A stretch of DNA of 45,886 nucleotides from NCBI GenBank assembly GCA_037133055.1, contig JBAXOY010000007.1, positions 1 through 45,886 on the forward strand. The letters are read 5' to 3'. The notes beneath the pieces were generated by a model. It was not told the DNA's origin and ran no database searches. It worked only from the letters and a program-made list of their open reading frames with translations. The position numbers and the translations under genes are program-made. This document shows positions 45,836 through 45,886 of this stretch, piece after piece. Positions within the stretch are counted from its first letter, which is position 1; each line of letters begins with the position of its first letter. Source of the stretch: Chlamydiota bacterium. GTDB lineage: Bacteria; Auribacterota; Tritonobacteria; UBA1439.

Positions 45836-45886
45836 GGACCATACGACATTAATGAACCACATGATCAGGTTGTCAGCCCAGCCTCT

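Overview
High-GC bacterial chromosomal window that probably spans a whole metagenomic contig, since both ends look chimeric. In order it carries: (1) a minus-strand core cluster miaB-LapA-like-mutS-mutL-[inserted small secreted Cys-rich gene]-miaA-hflX; (2) a ~4 kb lower-GC island (about 9490-13780) that is an integrase-less integron cassette array (CALIN) with five attC sites, three BrnT-like toxin-antitoxin pairs and two Imm5-like genes, bounded by the live miaB 5' end and a diverged dead copy of it exactly 4030 bp away; (3) an amino-acid SBP, RNase D, a cohesin-domain protein and a Nudix hydrolase; (4) a CoA-transferase / split methylmalonyl-CoA mutase / MeaB / epimerase operon; (5) secreted proteins (MBL-fold, PQQ-like propellers, cohesin), four of which share a Pro/Thr linker and an unnamed ~120-aa C-terminal domain; (6) Ppx/GppA and a low-GC NDT-like gene; (7) a cluster of three transcarbamylases, a carbamate kinase and two fold-type II PLP enzymes, with no deiminase in the window; (8) a Zn-ribbon/TPR protein, an ATP-grasp-like protein, a nucleotide-sugar dehydrogenase, an AlkP-family phosphodiesterase and a truncated cysN. 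The best candidates for undescribed biology are the triple-transcarbamylase cluster, the shared C-terminal domain of the secreted proteins, and the miaB-anchored cassette island. All calls come from reading motifs by eye, and identity values are hand counts. No database searches were run.
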